DNA from: Candidatus Bathyarchaeota archaeon
GTDB taxonomy: Archaea; Thermoproteota; Bathyarchaeia; 40CM-2-53-6; RBG-13-38-9
Length of the DNA: 64,000 bases
Direction: 5' to 3'
NCBI GenBank assembly: GCA_018396915.1
Contig: JAGTRD010000003.1
Coordinates: forward strand, 173-64,172
Shown here: positions 38,396-48,841 of the stretch, piece after piece
How positions within the stretch are numbered: the first letter of the stretch is position 1
Layout of the letters: each line of letters opens with the position of its first letter
Translations under genes and position numbers: made by a program
The notes under the pieces: model-generated
Databases searched by the model: none
What the model was told of the DNA's origin: nothing
What the model saw: only the letters and a program-made list of their open reading frames with translations

Positions 38396-39325
38396 CTATG
38401 TTACATGCTCCCCAGCCAGACTCAGTATCCTCTTATACTCGTCCTCAACCTCCCTCTTTATCGCCTCAAGCTCATCTTTAAACTCGGGCTTCAGAAGGTG
38501 GCTAAATCTTCCTTGAAGTTTCAGGTATTCTTCTAGGGGTATGAGTCTACCTGGCTTCAGGCTCAACTTATATTTTCCATCTATGATCTCATATATCGGG
38601 AAGAGGCCTGTCTGAACCGCCATCTTTGCCAATTTTATAGTGTCGGAGGGGTTGGAGCGCCAACCCAGTGGGCAAGGCGCTAGAACATGTACTACGGCAG
38701 GTCCATCAACCTCTATAGCCCTCCTGACCTTGTCTATGTAGTCGCCGAAGAACCCTATTGAGGCTGTTGCGACATAGCTTATTCCATGGGCTGCACATAT
38801 ACCTGCTAGATCCTTCTTCTTACCACGTTTTCCAGGAATGACCTTGCCGGCTGGACTGGTAGTTGTTGCTGCTCCTCTGGGGGTTGCACCTGAACGTTGT
38901 ATCCCAGTATTCATGTATGCTTCATTATCATAACATATGTACACTACATCGTGGCCCCTCTCCAACATTCCTGAGAGGGCCTGTATCCCTATGTCGAAGG
39001 TTCCACCGTCTCCACCGAGGGCTATAATGTCAACCTTCCCTTTAAGTTGGCCACGCCTCTCCAAAGCTTCATAAGCATATTCTAACCCTCCTGCTACAGC
39101 TCCAATATTCTCGAATAGTGTGTGGACCCAAGGGATCCTCCAAGCAGTATATGGATATATTGTGGTTGAGACTTCAACACAGCCTGTGGCGTTGACGACG
39201 ACTGTGGGTCCTCTAGATGCCTTCAGAGCCATCCTGACCGATATAGATGGACCGCATCCCGCACAGAGTCTATGTCCTGGAGCGTAAGGCTCTTCCTTCG
39301 GAAGATCTTTCAGGGCGACCATCAT
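38396..39325 (-). CDS. porB: Pyruvate/2-oxoacid:ferredoxin oxidoreductase beta subunit
   Basis: GHRLCAGC, GGDGG, DNEAYMNTGIQRS, PCPLGW. Confidence 0.93.
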   Translation of the reverse strand: MMVALKDLPKEEPYAPGHRLCAGCGPSISVRMALKASRGPTVVVNATGCVEVSTTIYPYTAWRIPWVHTLFENIGAVAGGLEYAYEALERRGQLKGKVDIIALGGDGGTFDIGIQALSGMLERGHDVVYICYDNEAYMNTGIQRSGATPRGAATTTSPAGKVIPGKRGKKKDLAGICAAHGISYVATASIGFFGDYIDKVRRAIEVDGPAVVHVLAPCPLGWRSNPSDTIKLAKMAVQTGLFPIYEIIDGKYKLSLKPGRLIPLEEYLKLQGRFSHLLKPEFKDELEAIKREVEDEYKRILSLAGEHVT

Positions 39326-40590
39326 TCCCTCACATCCAGAAACCTGATCCTCTCCTTAACCCTTCCAGTCTTCGCTGTTCTCAAAGCTTCATCGAATACT
39401 TCTCTTACTGTTGATGGTGGAGTATCCCTCCCTCCTAAGCCATATATCATATTCATGACCTTGATGTCCATCCCAGTATTCTGGAGGGCTGATGAAACAT
39501 CGCTGCATAAAGCACCGTAAGGGGCTCCGAAACTTATAGCCCTATCCATAACTGCTAAGGCCTTCAAGTCTTTGATAGTCGATAGAAACTCTTCTGTGGG
39601 GAAAGGTCTATACGTCCAGAGTTTAATCAAACCAACCTTCTTACCTTTGGCCCTGAGGTCTTTAGCTACTGAACGGACTGTTCCACATGTGCTACCCAAA
39701 CACATTATAGCCGCATCTGCATCTTCGAGTCCGAAAGTCTCCATAAAACCGTATCTCCTACCTGTGAACTTACCATACTCATCCCCAACCATCTTAACCA
39801 CACCTTTAGACTTTTGGATAGCCTCCTCCTGTTGACGTTTAACCTCATAATAATATTCAGGCAGAGCCATCGCACCTACAGTTATCGGTGTCTCAGGATC
39901 GACTTTAAATATTGGTTTCCTCGGCGGTAGAAACTTATCAACATCCTCATCTGAGAGAACCTTCATACTCTCTGTTGCATGTGAGACTGTGAATCCATCT
40001 AGGTTCACTGTCACAGGGAGTTGGACAGTCTCCTCCTCAGCTATCTTGAATGCTTGAACTATTAGATCGTAGGTTTCTTGGGCGTTCTCTGCATAGAGCT
40101 GTATCCAACCGCAGTCTCTTGAGCCCATCATGTCGCTGTGATCTCCGTGTATATTGATCGGTGCTGATAGAGCCCTGTTGACTACAGCCATTACAATTGG
40201 GCATCTGAGGCCTGACGCGAGGTATAGAACCTCATGCATCAATGCCAAGCCCTGGCTGGCTGTTGCTGTGAAAACCCTTGCGCCGGCCAGGCTTGCGCCT
40301 ACACAAGCGGACATCGCAGAATGTTCAGACTCTGCGTATAGATACTTTGTATCAACCTCCCCGTCGGCGACATAGTCGCTGAACCTCTCAACTATTATCG
40401 TTTGGGGTGTTATAGGATAAGCCGCTACTACGTCGACCCTGCACTGTTTAGCGGCGTAGGCTGCAGCTTCATCGCCTGTATATGCTCCAGGTATCTGGCT
40501 GGATGCCTTGATCTTTCCAATATGTTTGGTGGCCTCGCCCAAATATGAAACTACACCATCGGTCTTACAGACTCCCTTTCTACGCGACAA
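39322..40590 (-). CDS. porA: Pyruvate/2-oxoacid:ferredoxin oxidoreductase alpha subunit
   Basis: AYPITPQT, ESEHSA, TATASQGL, GLGGRD. Confidence 0.93.
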   Translation of the reverse strand: MSRRKGVCKTDGVVSYLGEATKHIGKIKASSQIPGAYTGDEAAAYAAKQCRVDVVAAYPITPQTIIVERFSDYVADGEVDTKYLYAESEHSAMSACVGASLAGARVFTATASQGLALMHEVLYLASGLRCPIVMAVVNRALSAPINIHGDHSDMMGSRDCGWIQLYAENAQETYDLIVQAFKIAEEETVQLPVTVNLDGFTVSHATESMKVLSDEDVDKFLPPRKPIFKVDPETPITVGAMALPEYYYEVKRQQEEAIQKSKGVVKMVGDEYGKFTGRRYGFMETFGLEDADAAIMCLGSTCGTVRSVAKDLRAKGKKVGLIKLWTYRPFPTEEFLSTIKDLKALAVMDRAISFGAPYGALCSDVSSALQNTGMDIKVMNMIYGLGGRDTPPSTVREVFDEALRTAKTGRVKERIRFLDVRE

Positions 40591-40918
40591 CCCTCGACTC
40601 CTCCACCATCTCTATTGCTTTTACAGGACATTCTGCTGAACATATTCCGCAACCTTTACAGTGGTAATAGTCAACCTCAATTGTCTCCTCATATTTTCCA
40701 TATGGTTTCTGCAGCCTGTTGATTGAGACGTCTGGGCAGATTATCCAGCATATCAAGCATCTGATACATTTATCCTGGTTGATGATGGGTTTCTTCTCTA
40801 TCCTCCAGTCGCCTGTCCTATACTCGGCTGAGGAGCCGGGCTCAAAGATGATTCCTGCAATAGGAGTCTTCCTCCAACTCAGCTTCATCCTCTCCGCCAA
40901 ACTCTCTCTCCTATTCAT
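40580..40918 (-). CDS. porD: 2-oxoacid:ferredoxin oxidoreductase delta subunit
   Basis: TGDWR, CIRCLICWIICPD, YYHCKGCGICSAECP. Confidence 0.92.
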   Translation of the reverse strand: MNRRESLAERMKLSWRKTPIAGIIFEPGSSAEYRTGDWRIEKKPIINQDKCIRCLICWIICPDVSINRLQKPYGKYEETIEVDYYHCKGCGICSAECPVKAIEMVEESRVVA

Positions 40919-41484
40919 CCTCTAACAACCTCCTGGCTTCCACTCTCAAGAAGTACCAAGTTCTTTTCTAAAATATCTCCTTTGAATCTTGACTTCATAG
41001 CATCCCTAACAGCATTCATAGAGACTATTCCTGTGGCTTTAGCCAGCGCACCCAGCATCACTGTGTTTATTCCCCTTGCGCTGCCAAGAGTCTTTATAGA
41101 GATCTCTGTGGCGTCGACCGAGTAGCATGATGGGCCCTTGAGGCCTAACTCTTCAAGAACCGTTCTTGGATGTTTCTTAGTATTCATTATGATCTTGCCG
41201 TCTTTCTTCAATCCCTCACTCACATCGATGAAGGAGGGCAGAGTTGGGTCTAGAATTATGACCGCGTCAGGATTGTATATCTTACTTCTCACCTCTATAG
41301 GCTTATCAGAGATTCTTGTGAATCCGGACATCGGGGCGCCTATTCTTTCAGGTCCAAACTCTGGAAAAGCCTGGATATGTTTCCCCTCCATCATAGCAGC
41401 TATTCCTAAAAGACGGCTGACCGTTATCACACCTTGTCCAGCCCTTCCATGCCACCTAACCTCATACATCAAACTTACCACCAT
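40915..41484 (-). CDS. porG: 2-oxoacid:ferredoxin oxidoreductase gamma subunit
   Basis: HGRAGQG, FPEFGPERIGAP, NTVMLGA. Confidence 0.92.
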   Translation of the reverse strand: MVVSLMYEVRWHGRAGQGVITVSRLLGIAAMMEGKHIQAFPEFGPERIGAPMSGFTRISDKPIEVRSKIYNPDAVIILDPTLPSFIDVSEGLKKDGKIIMNTKKHPRTVLEELGLKGPSCYSVDATEISIKTLGSARGINTVMLGALAKATGIVSMNAVRDAMKSRFKGDILEKNLVLLESGSQEVVRG

Positions 41485-41669
41485 CTAATCATCAAAGACT
41501 CTTATCCACATCTACACATCGTAATAGGTACTTAAGAAAAAGTTCATACTACTTAAGTTTGATCATCGTCTTCTGGCTTGAATCAAAACCACCTTCATAT
41601 GTGTACGTTTGAGGGTATGTGAGTTACATTTTAGAGGTTATGAGGTTATGCTGATGATCCATTTCAGAT

Positions 41670-41831
41670 CTAATCTACGGGTTCGAACTGGTCTTTGGGA
41701 GCGCCACATAATGGACACACCCATGTCTCAGGCAACTCTTCGAAGGATATTCCTGGCTCAACGCCTCCTTCAGGATCTCCGACTAGGGGATCATAAACGT
41801 AGCCACATACACTACATCTGTATTTCTTCAA
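41670..41831 (-). CDS. Rubredoxin (53 aa)
   Basis: Not in ORF track: [53 protein letters not shown] (TTG start). Confidence 0.93.
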   Translation of the reverse strand: MKKYRCSVCGYVYDPLVGDPEGGVEPGISFEELPETWVCPLCGAPKDQFEPVD

Positions 41832-41954
41832 TGACAACTTCAACTCTCCATCAGATGAACATCATAATGTTATTGGTCTGCTAATTAAGTATTGACATTT
41901 CTATAATTATTGATTTCACAGTCTAATGAATGATTTTTAGATCATGTCGGAAGA

Positions 41955-43133
41955 TCAGCCTAATACTCTTTTTATGCGTTCCATGGCCTCCCTTATATTT
42001 TCCTTAGAGTTGGCGAAAGAGAATCGGAGGTTACCTTCACCTGACTCACCGAACGCTACCCCAGGGATTATTGCAACCTTAGCCTTCCTAAGAATCATCT
42101 GAGCAAGATCCATCGACGATAAGCCTACTCTCTTTATGTTTGGAAATGCATAGAAAGCACCTCTCGGAGTATTACATTTGAAACCGCTTATCTGGTTCAG
42201 ACCCAATATGATCAGATCTCTCCTCTCCTTGAACTCGTCAACCATCTTCCTCACACATTCTTGTGGGCCCTTCAAAGCAGCTACAGCTGCCTTCTGCGCT
42301 ATTGAGTTTGGACACCACACTGCATGTTCACTTATCATCCGGATCTTATCGATCAAGTTGCTGTCACCTGCCACATATCCTACACGCCATCCTGTCATCG
42401 CATATGTTTTCGATAGAGAATTGATTGTCAACGTTCTATCATCCATTCCCTCGATACTTGCGAAGCTGATGTGTTCAGACCCGTCGTAAATGAATTTCTC
42501 ATAGACTTCATCTGAGAGGACCAGGAGGTTGTTGTTTTCAGCGAGATCCGCGATTTCCTTCATATCTTTCAATTTCAATATTGAGCCTGTTGGGTTTTGT
42601 GGTGAGTTTATCAGGATCAACTTTGTTCTGCTTGTAATTTTTCTCTTGAGATCATCGAGATCAGGTCTGAAATCTTCATCCTCAATCAATCTGATAGGGA
42701 CCGGTATGCCGCCTGCCATGCTTATATCTCCCCAGTACTGGGGTAGGCAAGGTTCAGGGACGATAACCTCATCCCCTGGGTCGACTAAGGCTTGGAATGC
42801 GCAGAACAATGCGTTATAACCTCCTGAGAGAACAGCGACTTCCCTGCGTGGGTCTACGTCAATCTTATTATCTCGACGGAGCTTCTCTGATATGGCTTCT
42901 CTAAGTTCGAGTATTCCCCCTGGAGGGGTGTAATGTGTATAACCATCATCCATTGCCTTCGAGGCGGCTTCCACTATATGTGGTGGTGTAGGAAGGTCAG
43001 GCTCTCCGACGTGTAAATGTATAATGTCCTCACCTGAACGCTCCATTTCAACAGCCTCAGCGAAGAATTCTGCGAAGGCGGATTGTCTGAGTCTCCTCGA
43101 CCTCTCAGAGAGATGCTTATTCACATCAACCAT
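41955..43133 (-). CDS. PLP-dependent aminotransferase class I/II (aspartate aminotransferase-like)
   Basis: GEPD, NSPQNPTG, SDEVY, SLSKTYAMTGWRVG. Confidence 0.93.
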   Translation of the reverse strand: MVDVNKHLSERSRRLRQSAFAEFFAEAVEMERSGEDIIHLHVGEPDLPTPPHIVEAASKAMDDGYTHYTPPGGILELREAISEKLRRDNKIDVDPRREVAVLSGGYNALFCAFQALVDPGDEVIVPEPCLPQYWGDISMAGGIPVPIRLIEDEDFRPDLDDLKRKITSRTKLILINSPQNPTGSILKLKDMKEIADLAENNNLLVLSDEVYEKFIYDGSEHISFASIEGMDDRTLTINSLSKTYAMTGWRVGYVAGDSNLIDKIRMISEHAVWCPNSIAQKAAVAALKGPQECVRKMVDEFKERRDLIILGLNQISGFKCNTPRGAFYAFPNIKRVGLSSMDLAQMILRKAKVAIIPGVAFGESGEGNLRFSFANSKENIREAMERIKRVLG

Positions 43134-43259
43134 GCCGGTTGGAATCCCCCTCTAAATCGAAGATCTTCATGGCATTCAGACTGATTGCTCTGGTTCATTC
43201 AATTGGGGAAACTATATAAGGAGTGTTGTAATTCAGTCTGGTCTTAAAGGTGTTTGGTT

Positions 43260-43463
43260 ATGCCAAAGGTTACAGTTGACTTCTCCAAATGTAACGGCGA
43301 TGGGACATGTGTAAGTGTTTGTCCAGTCGGTGTCTTTGAGATTCAGAATAAGCCCGACTTCAACAATGAGCCCAAAGCCGTTCCGGTAAACAGTGATGCC
43401 TGCATAGTCTGCCGTTCATGTGAAACTCAGTGTCCAACACAGGCTATTGTTGTGGAGGAATAG
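43260..43463 (+). CDS. Dicluster ferredoxin
   Basis: CNGDGTCVSVCP (Asp at second ligand) and CIVCRSCETQCP. Confidence 0.9.
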   Translation: MPKVTVDFSKCNGDGTCVSVCPVGVFEIQNKPDFNNEPKAVPVNSDACIVCRSCETQCPTQAIVVEE

Positions 43464-44163
43464 AGGGGCCTAGGCTCTGCATGGCATCACCACATTTTTT
43501 TATCAAGTAAACTATTCGACTTATAGCATCAATCTCATCTTTCGTGAATTCTCTTAAGTTTCTGTCAAGTGGAGGTAGAGCTCTCAGATATTTATAGATA
43601 AGGTCGAGGTTTCTATTAAGATCTTGATCGAAAGTCACTTTCAGGTGCTCCATTCTACCACGAAGTATCTCAGCAGCATCTTTATAGCCTAGAGAGTCAA
43701 ACACAGCCATTTTCAGAATGTTTCTCTGCAAGATCCATGAAAGGAGATTGTCGTCGACCTCTTCATGAACATGCTCAGGGTGATGATCACTATTAATGAG
43801 TTTCAACCTCATCGATGAGAAGCTCTCTGGAAATCTATCCTCCAATATTATGTCCGCGTAATAGTCTTCATGTAAGGTTTTCAGAACTTGACTTGTCATA
43901 CTAATATTCAAGTTCGGCTCAGCCTCGAATACGGGAAGGCCCATAAGGTACAGTTTAAGGTGGCACAACTCATGTTTGAGGGCATCTACGCTTAAGCTTC
44001 CCCTATACTCTATAATATACTCGAGTCTGGAGTTCTCACTCTGCCTGAAATATATAATATTCGAATGTAAGGGGGTTCTCTTACTCCTGATGAGTTTGAC
44101 CTCTATTGTCTTAGGGATCCCTAGGATCTCAATCGTACTCTTCAGGTCTCCTGGAAACTTCAT
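43444..44163 (-). CDS. Hypothetical protein with HExxH motif
   Basis: LKHELCHLK followed by LHED; zincin-like. Confidence 0.6.
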   Translation of the reverse strand: MKFPGDLKSTIEILGIPKTIEVKLIRSKRTPLHSNIIYFRQSENSRLEYIIEYRGSLSVDALKHELCHLKLYLMGLPVFEAEPNLNISMTSQVLKTLHEDYYADIILEDRFPESFSSMRLKLINSDHHPEHVHEEVDDNLLSWILQRNILKMAVFDSLGYKDAAEILRGRMEHLKVTFDQDLNRNLDLIYKYLRALPPLDRNLREFTKDEIDAISRIVYLIKKCGDAMQSLGPSIPPQQ

Positions 44164-44198
44164 ATAGCCACCCCTTCTGGGGATGTTGAGGTAAATTC

Positions 44199-45380
44199 TT
44201 ACTGAGTATGAAATTCGACTATGTCGCCGTCCTGAAGGATATGGGTGGGCCCCACTCTCTCCCCTGGATATTTACAGCTAGAACCCCATACCTTCACATA
44301 CTTTAGGTTTCGCTGAAGGTCGGTATGAATCTGGCCTGCTACTTCAGAGGCCACTGTCCCCTTCCTAACGACTATAGGCTCAGTTGAAGGCTCCTTCTCA
44401 TTAGGATCTTTCGTGTAGACTCTCATCAATTCTAAGGCTTGAAATATTGACGAGCCAATCTCGTCGAGTCCAGTTCCTGTTTTGCATGAGACTGGAGCTA
44501 TCGGAACGTCTCTAGGAACGGAGCTTCTCAATTTTACCAGGTTCTCAACAGCATTTGGCGAATCCATCTTGTTAGCGATCACAATTGAAGGTTTATATGT
44601 CGTTGTACTCTCGAGGATTGCCTCTTCCACATCATCTATCTCAACATCTCCCCAGATTCTGACCGCAACTCCTGTCAACCCATAGCTTCTAACAAGCCCC
44701 TCCACATCTCTCAGGCTGCATCCTCTAAGGTTACCTGATATGTGAACCTGTACCCCACCTATTCCTTTTCTTCTTATTATCTCAACCCTGCTCTTTCTCC
44801 TCTCAAGGGATATTCCGAATCTCTCCAGCTCACCTTTTATCAGGGTAAAGTCTCTACAGGGATCTCTGGACATGTCTAAAATTATGGCTAGACCATCAGT
44901 CTGCTTGGCAAGGTTTAGTGTCTGGGAGTTCCATCCCGAACCTTCGGTTAGATTCGGGTTTATGGCAGGCGCCTCGACGAGTTGGAATTGAATATCCATG
45001 AAACTTAGCATTCCGGGTGTTGGCTTCTGTGTGGTGTATGGATAGTCGGCTACTGTCGGTCTTGCCGAAGTCAAGGATGACAGTAAACTACTCTTGCCAG
45101 AGTTTGTAAGGCCGAGTAGCACAATCTGTACGGCTCCCTCTCTACCTGGTAGGTTGGACCTAACTCCTCCTGAGGGTCTCCTCCTCTCCTTGACCTCTAG
45201 GCGTAATGTAGCTATCTTCCTCTTTACTTGGGCTCTTAACCGTTCGTTTCCTTTATGTTTGGGGACTGCTGAGAGAAATTCTTCGAGGGCCTTTATCTTC
45301 TCCTCAGGATCTCTGGTTGCACTTGCCTTCATCCAAAGAGACTTTGCTTCAGCTGTAAGGTTCGCAGGCATCGACCTCAA
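44199..45380 (-). CDS. DRG/OBG-family GTPase with TGS domain
   Basis: PKHKG, GLTNSGKS, YPYTT, NKMD, IH...DGDIVE. Confidence 0.9.
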   Translation of the reverse strand: MRSMPANLTAEAKSLWMKASATRDPEEKIKALEEFLSAVPKHKGNERLRAQVKRKIATLRLEVKERRRPSGGVRSNLPGREGAVQIVLLGLTNSGKSSLLSSLTSARPTVADYPYTTQKPTPGMLSFMDIQFQLVEAPAINPNLTEGSGWNSQTLNLAKQTDGLAIILDMSRDPCRDFTLIKGELERFGISLERRKSRVEIIRRKGIGGVQVHISGNLRGCSLRDVEGLVRSYGLTGVAVRIWGDVEIDDVEEAILESTTTYKPSIVIANKMDSPNAVENLVKLRSSVPRDVPIAPVSCKTGTGLDEIGSSIFQALELMRVYTKDPNEKEPSTEPIVVRKGTVASEVAGQIHTDLQRNLKYVKVWGSSCKYPGERVGPTHILQDGDIVEFHTQ

Positions 45381-45841
45381 CCTTCAACTGAAAGATTCCG
45401 AAGGCCTACGAGGATTTTTGCCTTCTCTACCGTTTATGTCTGCTCCTCCCTCTTAGGTTTTACACCCACCCTCGCCGGTATCTACGAGCCTCTGAACGTC
45501 TGGGAGAATAGATATATGTGGAGAAGGCAGTCTAGATCTTCTTCTTGAAAATTGGGTAATAGACAGTAAACATTTCACTAAATTTTTTCAAGATTATATA
45601 TTTGCGTGAAATCTCTTTTTCAGGTTCGGCTGCCTACGGTCGTGCATGGCGAAAAGGTTCAGGTTTAGTCGGATCATACAAAGACTGTTGATGGTGGTTT
45701 TCACACATCATTTTTATGCGTTTCCGATGGATGTATCAAATGTATGGTTCAATTGATGGGAAATTTTGAGCATGTTAGTCAAAAATTTTTCTACAAACTC
45801 ATATGAGGATCGTCACCCAATATTTCAGAGGATAAATATCC

Positions 45842-46885
45842 TTAACGAAGTCTGAGTTTGCCCATCTCCATTATTCTCACACCATCAGCCTCAACTGTGG
45901 GTCTTTTGATTATGAAGTCTTGATGATGATCAGCCTTGACCTTACCGCCGATGTGTGAGTTGTCACCTAAAGCTATGTGGACGGTCCCCCTTATCTTCTC
46001 AGCCTCAAGAATATTGCCTATTCTTTTCGCCTTAGGATTTGTTCCGATACCGAACTCGGCAAGGTTTCTTCTTGCCAGGCTCATACTGTCAACTTCATTC
46101 AGCCTAAGGAATTTTCGCATCGAGTCTCCGACATCCCCTCCACCCTCAACCTTGACAACTAGTCCGTCACGGAAATGGATAGCCATATCCTCAATCAATC
46201 TTGGATGCCACCCCCTCTCAATGATGACTATACCTTCACCGGTACCCTCGACAGGAGCTATGTAGGCTTCTCCAGCTGGAAGGTTACCCCAAGATCCAGG
46301 ATCAGTATATATTCCTGTGTCGCATTTACCCTCCCTCCCATCGACGCTCATGGTTAGGTCTGTCCCAGCCTCGCTTGTCAACCTTAACTTAGAAGTTTCC
46401 GATAAGAGATTGGCGACTCTGACGGTTTCAGAGGCAACTTTCTTATAGTCTATGTCGATCGGGCCGTCAGGATAGAGCATCTCAGGCAATAGGCCAGGCA
46501 TACTGGCTACCCTAACACCTCTACTGGTTGCTGAGGCCCTCGCCTCTGTATGGGTTATGGAGTATGTCGTCACAGCGAGTAAGATGTCTGTGTGAAGAAT
46601 CCTCTCTGAAACGTCGAGGCCAGGCTCAGCAGAGTCTCTTCCAACTGAGGGGTAGGCGTACAGCTCAAGATTTACCTTCGAAATACTTCTCGCAGCAACC
46701 TCTACAATCCCCTTAGCAAGAAGGTTTCTCAGAGTCATTTCGCTCAGTCTCTCAAGATTCTGTGCAGCCCAATCCTGGGCTGTTGGGATGTCCGTTATAA
46801 CGAGCACATACTCACCTTCACGTAAACCCATACTCTCAAGAAGTAACTTCTTAACTCCGAACTCTATCTTTGAAATTGAGATCAT
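45842..46885 (-). CDS. Aminopeptidase (M29/aminopeptidase T-like)
   Basis: GTDL, NLPAGE, AEFGIGTN, EAEK..GTVHIALG, HHQD. Confidence 0.85.
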   Translation of the reverse strand: MISISKIEFGVKKLLLESMGLREGEYVLVITDIPTAQDWAAQNLERLSEMTLRNLLAKGIVEVAARSISKVNLELYAYPSVGRDSAEPGLDVSERILHTDILLAVTTYSITHTEARASATSRGVRVASMPGLLPEMLYPDGPIDIDYKKVASETVRVANLLSETSKLRLTSEAGTDLTMSVDGREGKCDTGIYTDPGSWGNLPAGEAYIAPVEGTGEGIVIIERGWHPRLIEDMAIHFRDGLVVKVEGGGDVGDSMRKFLRLNEVDSMSLARRNLAEFGIGTNPKAKRIGNILEAEKIRGTVHIALGDNSHIGGKVKADHHQDFIIKRPTVEADGVRIMEMGKLRLR

Positions 46886-47047
46886 GGACTTTACTTGGAA
46901 GTTGTGGGTGTGTTAAAGGTTCCGATGATTCCCCCTAAAGCAGATAGAGAAGGTGTACCATGAGGAAATGACTTTTCAGAAAACTTTAATTTCAGACGCA
47001 TTTGAATCTAGGCAAGTACTATGACCAAGTTGTAGGAAGATCGGTGG

Positions 47048-48835
47048 TTGCGATTGTTCAAGGAGGGTAAGATACAGAGGGTTGCAGGGCCTGTCGTGAT
47101 CGGAAAGAACATGTCTGGGGCTCTGATGTATGAGCTTGTCAAGGTCGGTGAGGCTGAGCTCATCGGAGAAATAATTAGGGTTGAGGGGGAGACTGCAACT
47201 ATCCAAGTATATGAGGAGACCACAGGGATAAGGCCTGGGGAGAAGATTCTAAGGACTGGTAAACCTCTCTCTGTCGAGTTAGGCCCAGGCATACTGGGAC
47301 AGATATATGATGGGATACAGAGACCCCTACCGAAGATCATGGATCTTACAGGTGACTTCATTGAGAGGGGGGTCACAGTGCCATCCCTTGACCGGAATAG
47401 AGAATGGAGATTCATTCCAGTCCAGAGGGATGGTTCTAATGTTCAGTCTGGAGATGTCTTGGGAACTGTTGAAGAGACAAGTCTGATAAAACATAAGATT
47501 CTGGTTCCGCCAAATATTTCAGGAACTGTTGAAAACATGGTCTCTGAAGGCGATTATAAGGTTGAGGACCAAATATGTATAATATCTGGTCCAGCAGGGA
47601 AGGTTCCAGCCAGACTCATGCATACCTGGCCTGTAAGGTCTCCTAGACCTTTCAAGAGGAAGGTTCCATCAGACACACCTCTGGTGACAGGCCAGAGGAT
47701 AATAGATTTCCTCTTTCCAATAGCGAAGGGTGGAACAGCAGCTATCCCAGGTGGTTTCGGAACTGGAAAGACTGTGATGCAGCAGCAACTTGCGCAGTGG
47801 GCTGACGCTGACATAATAGTCTATGTCGGTTGCGGTGAGAGGGGGAATGAGATGGCTGAGGTTCTTGAGAGGTTCCCTAAACTTAAAGATCCTAGATCGG
47901 GGAAGCCTCTGATGGATCGAACTGTTCTCTTCGCAAATACCTCAAACATGCCCATTGCAGCTAGGGAGGCTAGTGTATATACTGGCATAACGGTAAGCGA
48001 ATATTTCAGGGATATGGGCTACGATGTTGCCTTGATGGCTGACTCAACATCTAGATGGGCTGAGGCTTTGAGGGAGATATCTGGCCGTCTGGAGGAGATG
48101 CCTGGTGAGGAGGGTTACCCAGCATACTTGGCATCAAGGCTCGCAGAGTTCTATGAGAGGTCGGGGAGGGTTGAGGTATCAGGAACCAGAACAGACCTAG
48201 GATCTGTATCGGTCGTGGGCGCAGTCTCACCTCCAGGAGCAGACTTCTCTGAGCCTGTGACCCAGAACACACTCAGAATAGTAAAGGTTTTCTGGGCTTT
48301 GGATAAGGCTCTGGCTGAGAGGAGACACTTCCCAGCGATAAGCTGGTTGACGAGCTACTCTCTATACTTTGACAGTTTAGAGGAATGGTATAGGAGGGAG
48401 TTCGGGGAGGAATGGGTTGAATACCGTCGGGAAGCGATGCAGATACTCCAGAGAGATGAAGAGTTGAGGGAGATAGTGATGCTCGTCGGTCCGGACGCCC
48501 TCTCTGAAGCTCAGAGGGTAACTTTGGAGGTTGCTAGAATGTTGAAGGAAGACTTTCTAATGCAGAATGCAAGTCACCCAATAGACAGCTACTGTCCAGT
48601 AAATAAGACCTTCCACATGATCAAGATCATAATGAGTTTCTACCATAGAACAGTTAAGGCTGTTGAAGCAGGCATATCTCTACAGAGGATTCTTGAGCTT
48701 CCAGTGAAGGAGGAAATTTCCAGAATGAAGATAAAGCCCCCTGAAGAATTCGACACCTATGCAGATGAGCTGCTGAGAAGGATCGATGAAGAGTTTAACC
48801 AGTTAACTCCCCACATCCTTGCAAGGGCTAGGTGA
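47048..48835 (+). CDS. atpA: A/V-type ATP synthase subunit A
   Basis: GGFGTGKT Walker A, GCGERGNE, DSTSRWAEALRE. Confidence 0.97.
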   Translation: MRLFKEGKIQRVAGPVVIGKNMSGALMYELVKVGEAELIGEIIRVEGETATIQVYEETTGIRPGEKILRTGKPLSVELGPGILGQIYDGIQRPLPKIMDLTGDFIERGVTVPSLDRNREWRFIPVQRDGSNVQSGDVLGTVEETSLIKHKILVPPNISGTVENMVSEGDYKVEDQICIISGPAGKVPARLMHTWPVRSPRPFKRKVPSDTPLVTGQRIIDFLFPIAKGGTAAIPGGFGTGKTVMQQQLAQWADADIIVYVGCGERGNEMAEVLERFPKLKDPRSGKPLMDRTVLFANTSNMPIAAREASVYTGITVSEYFRDMGYDVALMADSTSRWAEALREISGRLEEMPGEEGYPAYLASRLAEFYERSGRVEVSGTRTDLGSVSVVGAVSPPGADFSEPVTQNTLRIVKVFWALDKALAERRHFPAISWLTSYSLYFDSLEEWYRREFGEEWVEYRREAMQILQRDEELREIVMLVGPDALSEAQRVTLEVARMLKEDFLMQNASHPIDSYCPVNKTFHMIKIIMSFYHRTVKAVEAGISLQRILELPVKEEISRMKIKPPEEFDTYADELLRRIDEEFNQLTPHILARAR

Positions 48836-48841
48836 AAGGCT

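Noticed and set aside
41609..41884. 91-aa plus-strand ORF
   Set aside because: Shadow of the minus-strand rubredoxin.
45381..45841. 460-bp intergenic gap as ncRNA or hidden gene
   Set aside because: No convincing ORF, stem or repeat found by eye; cannot be excluded without a covariance search.
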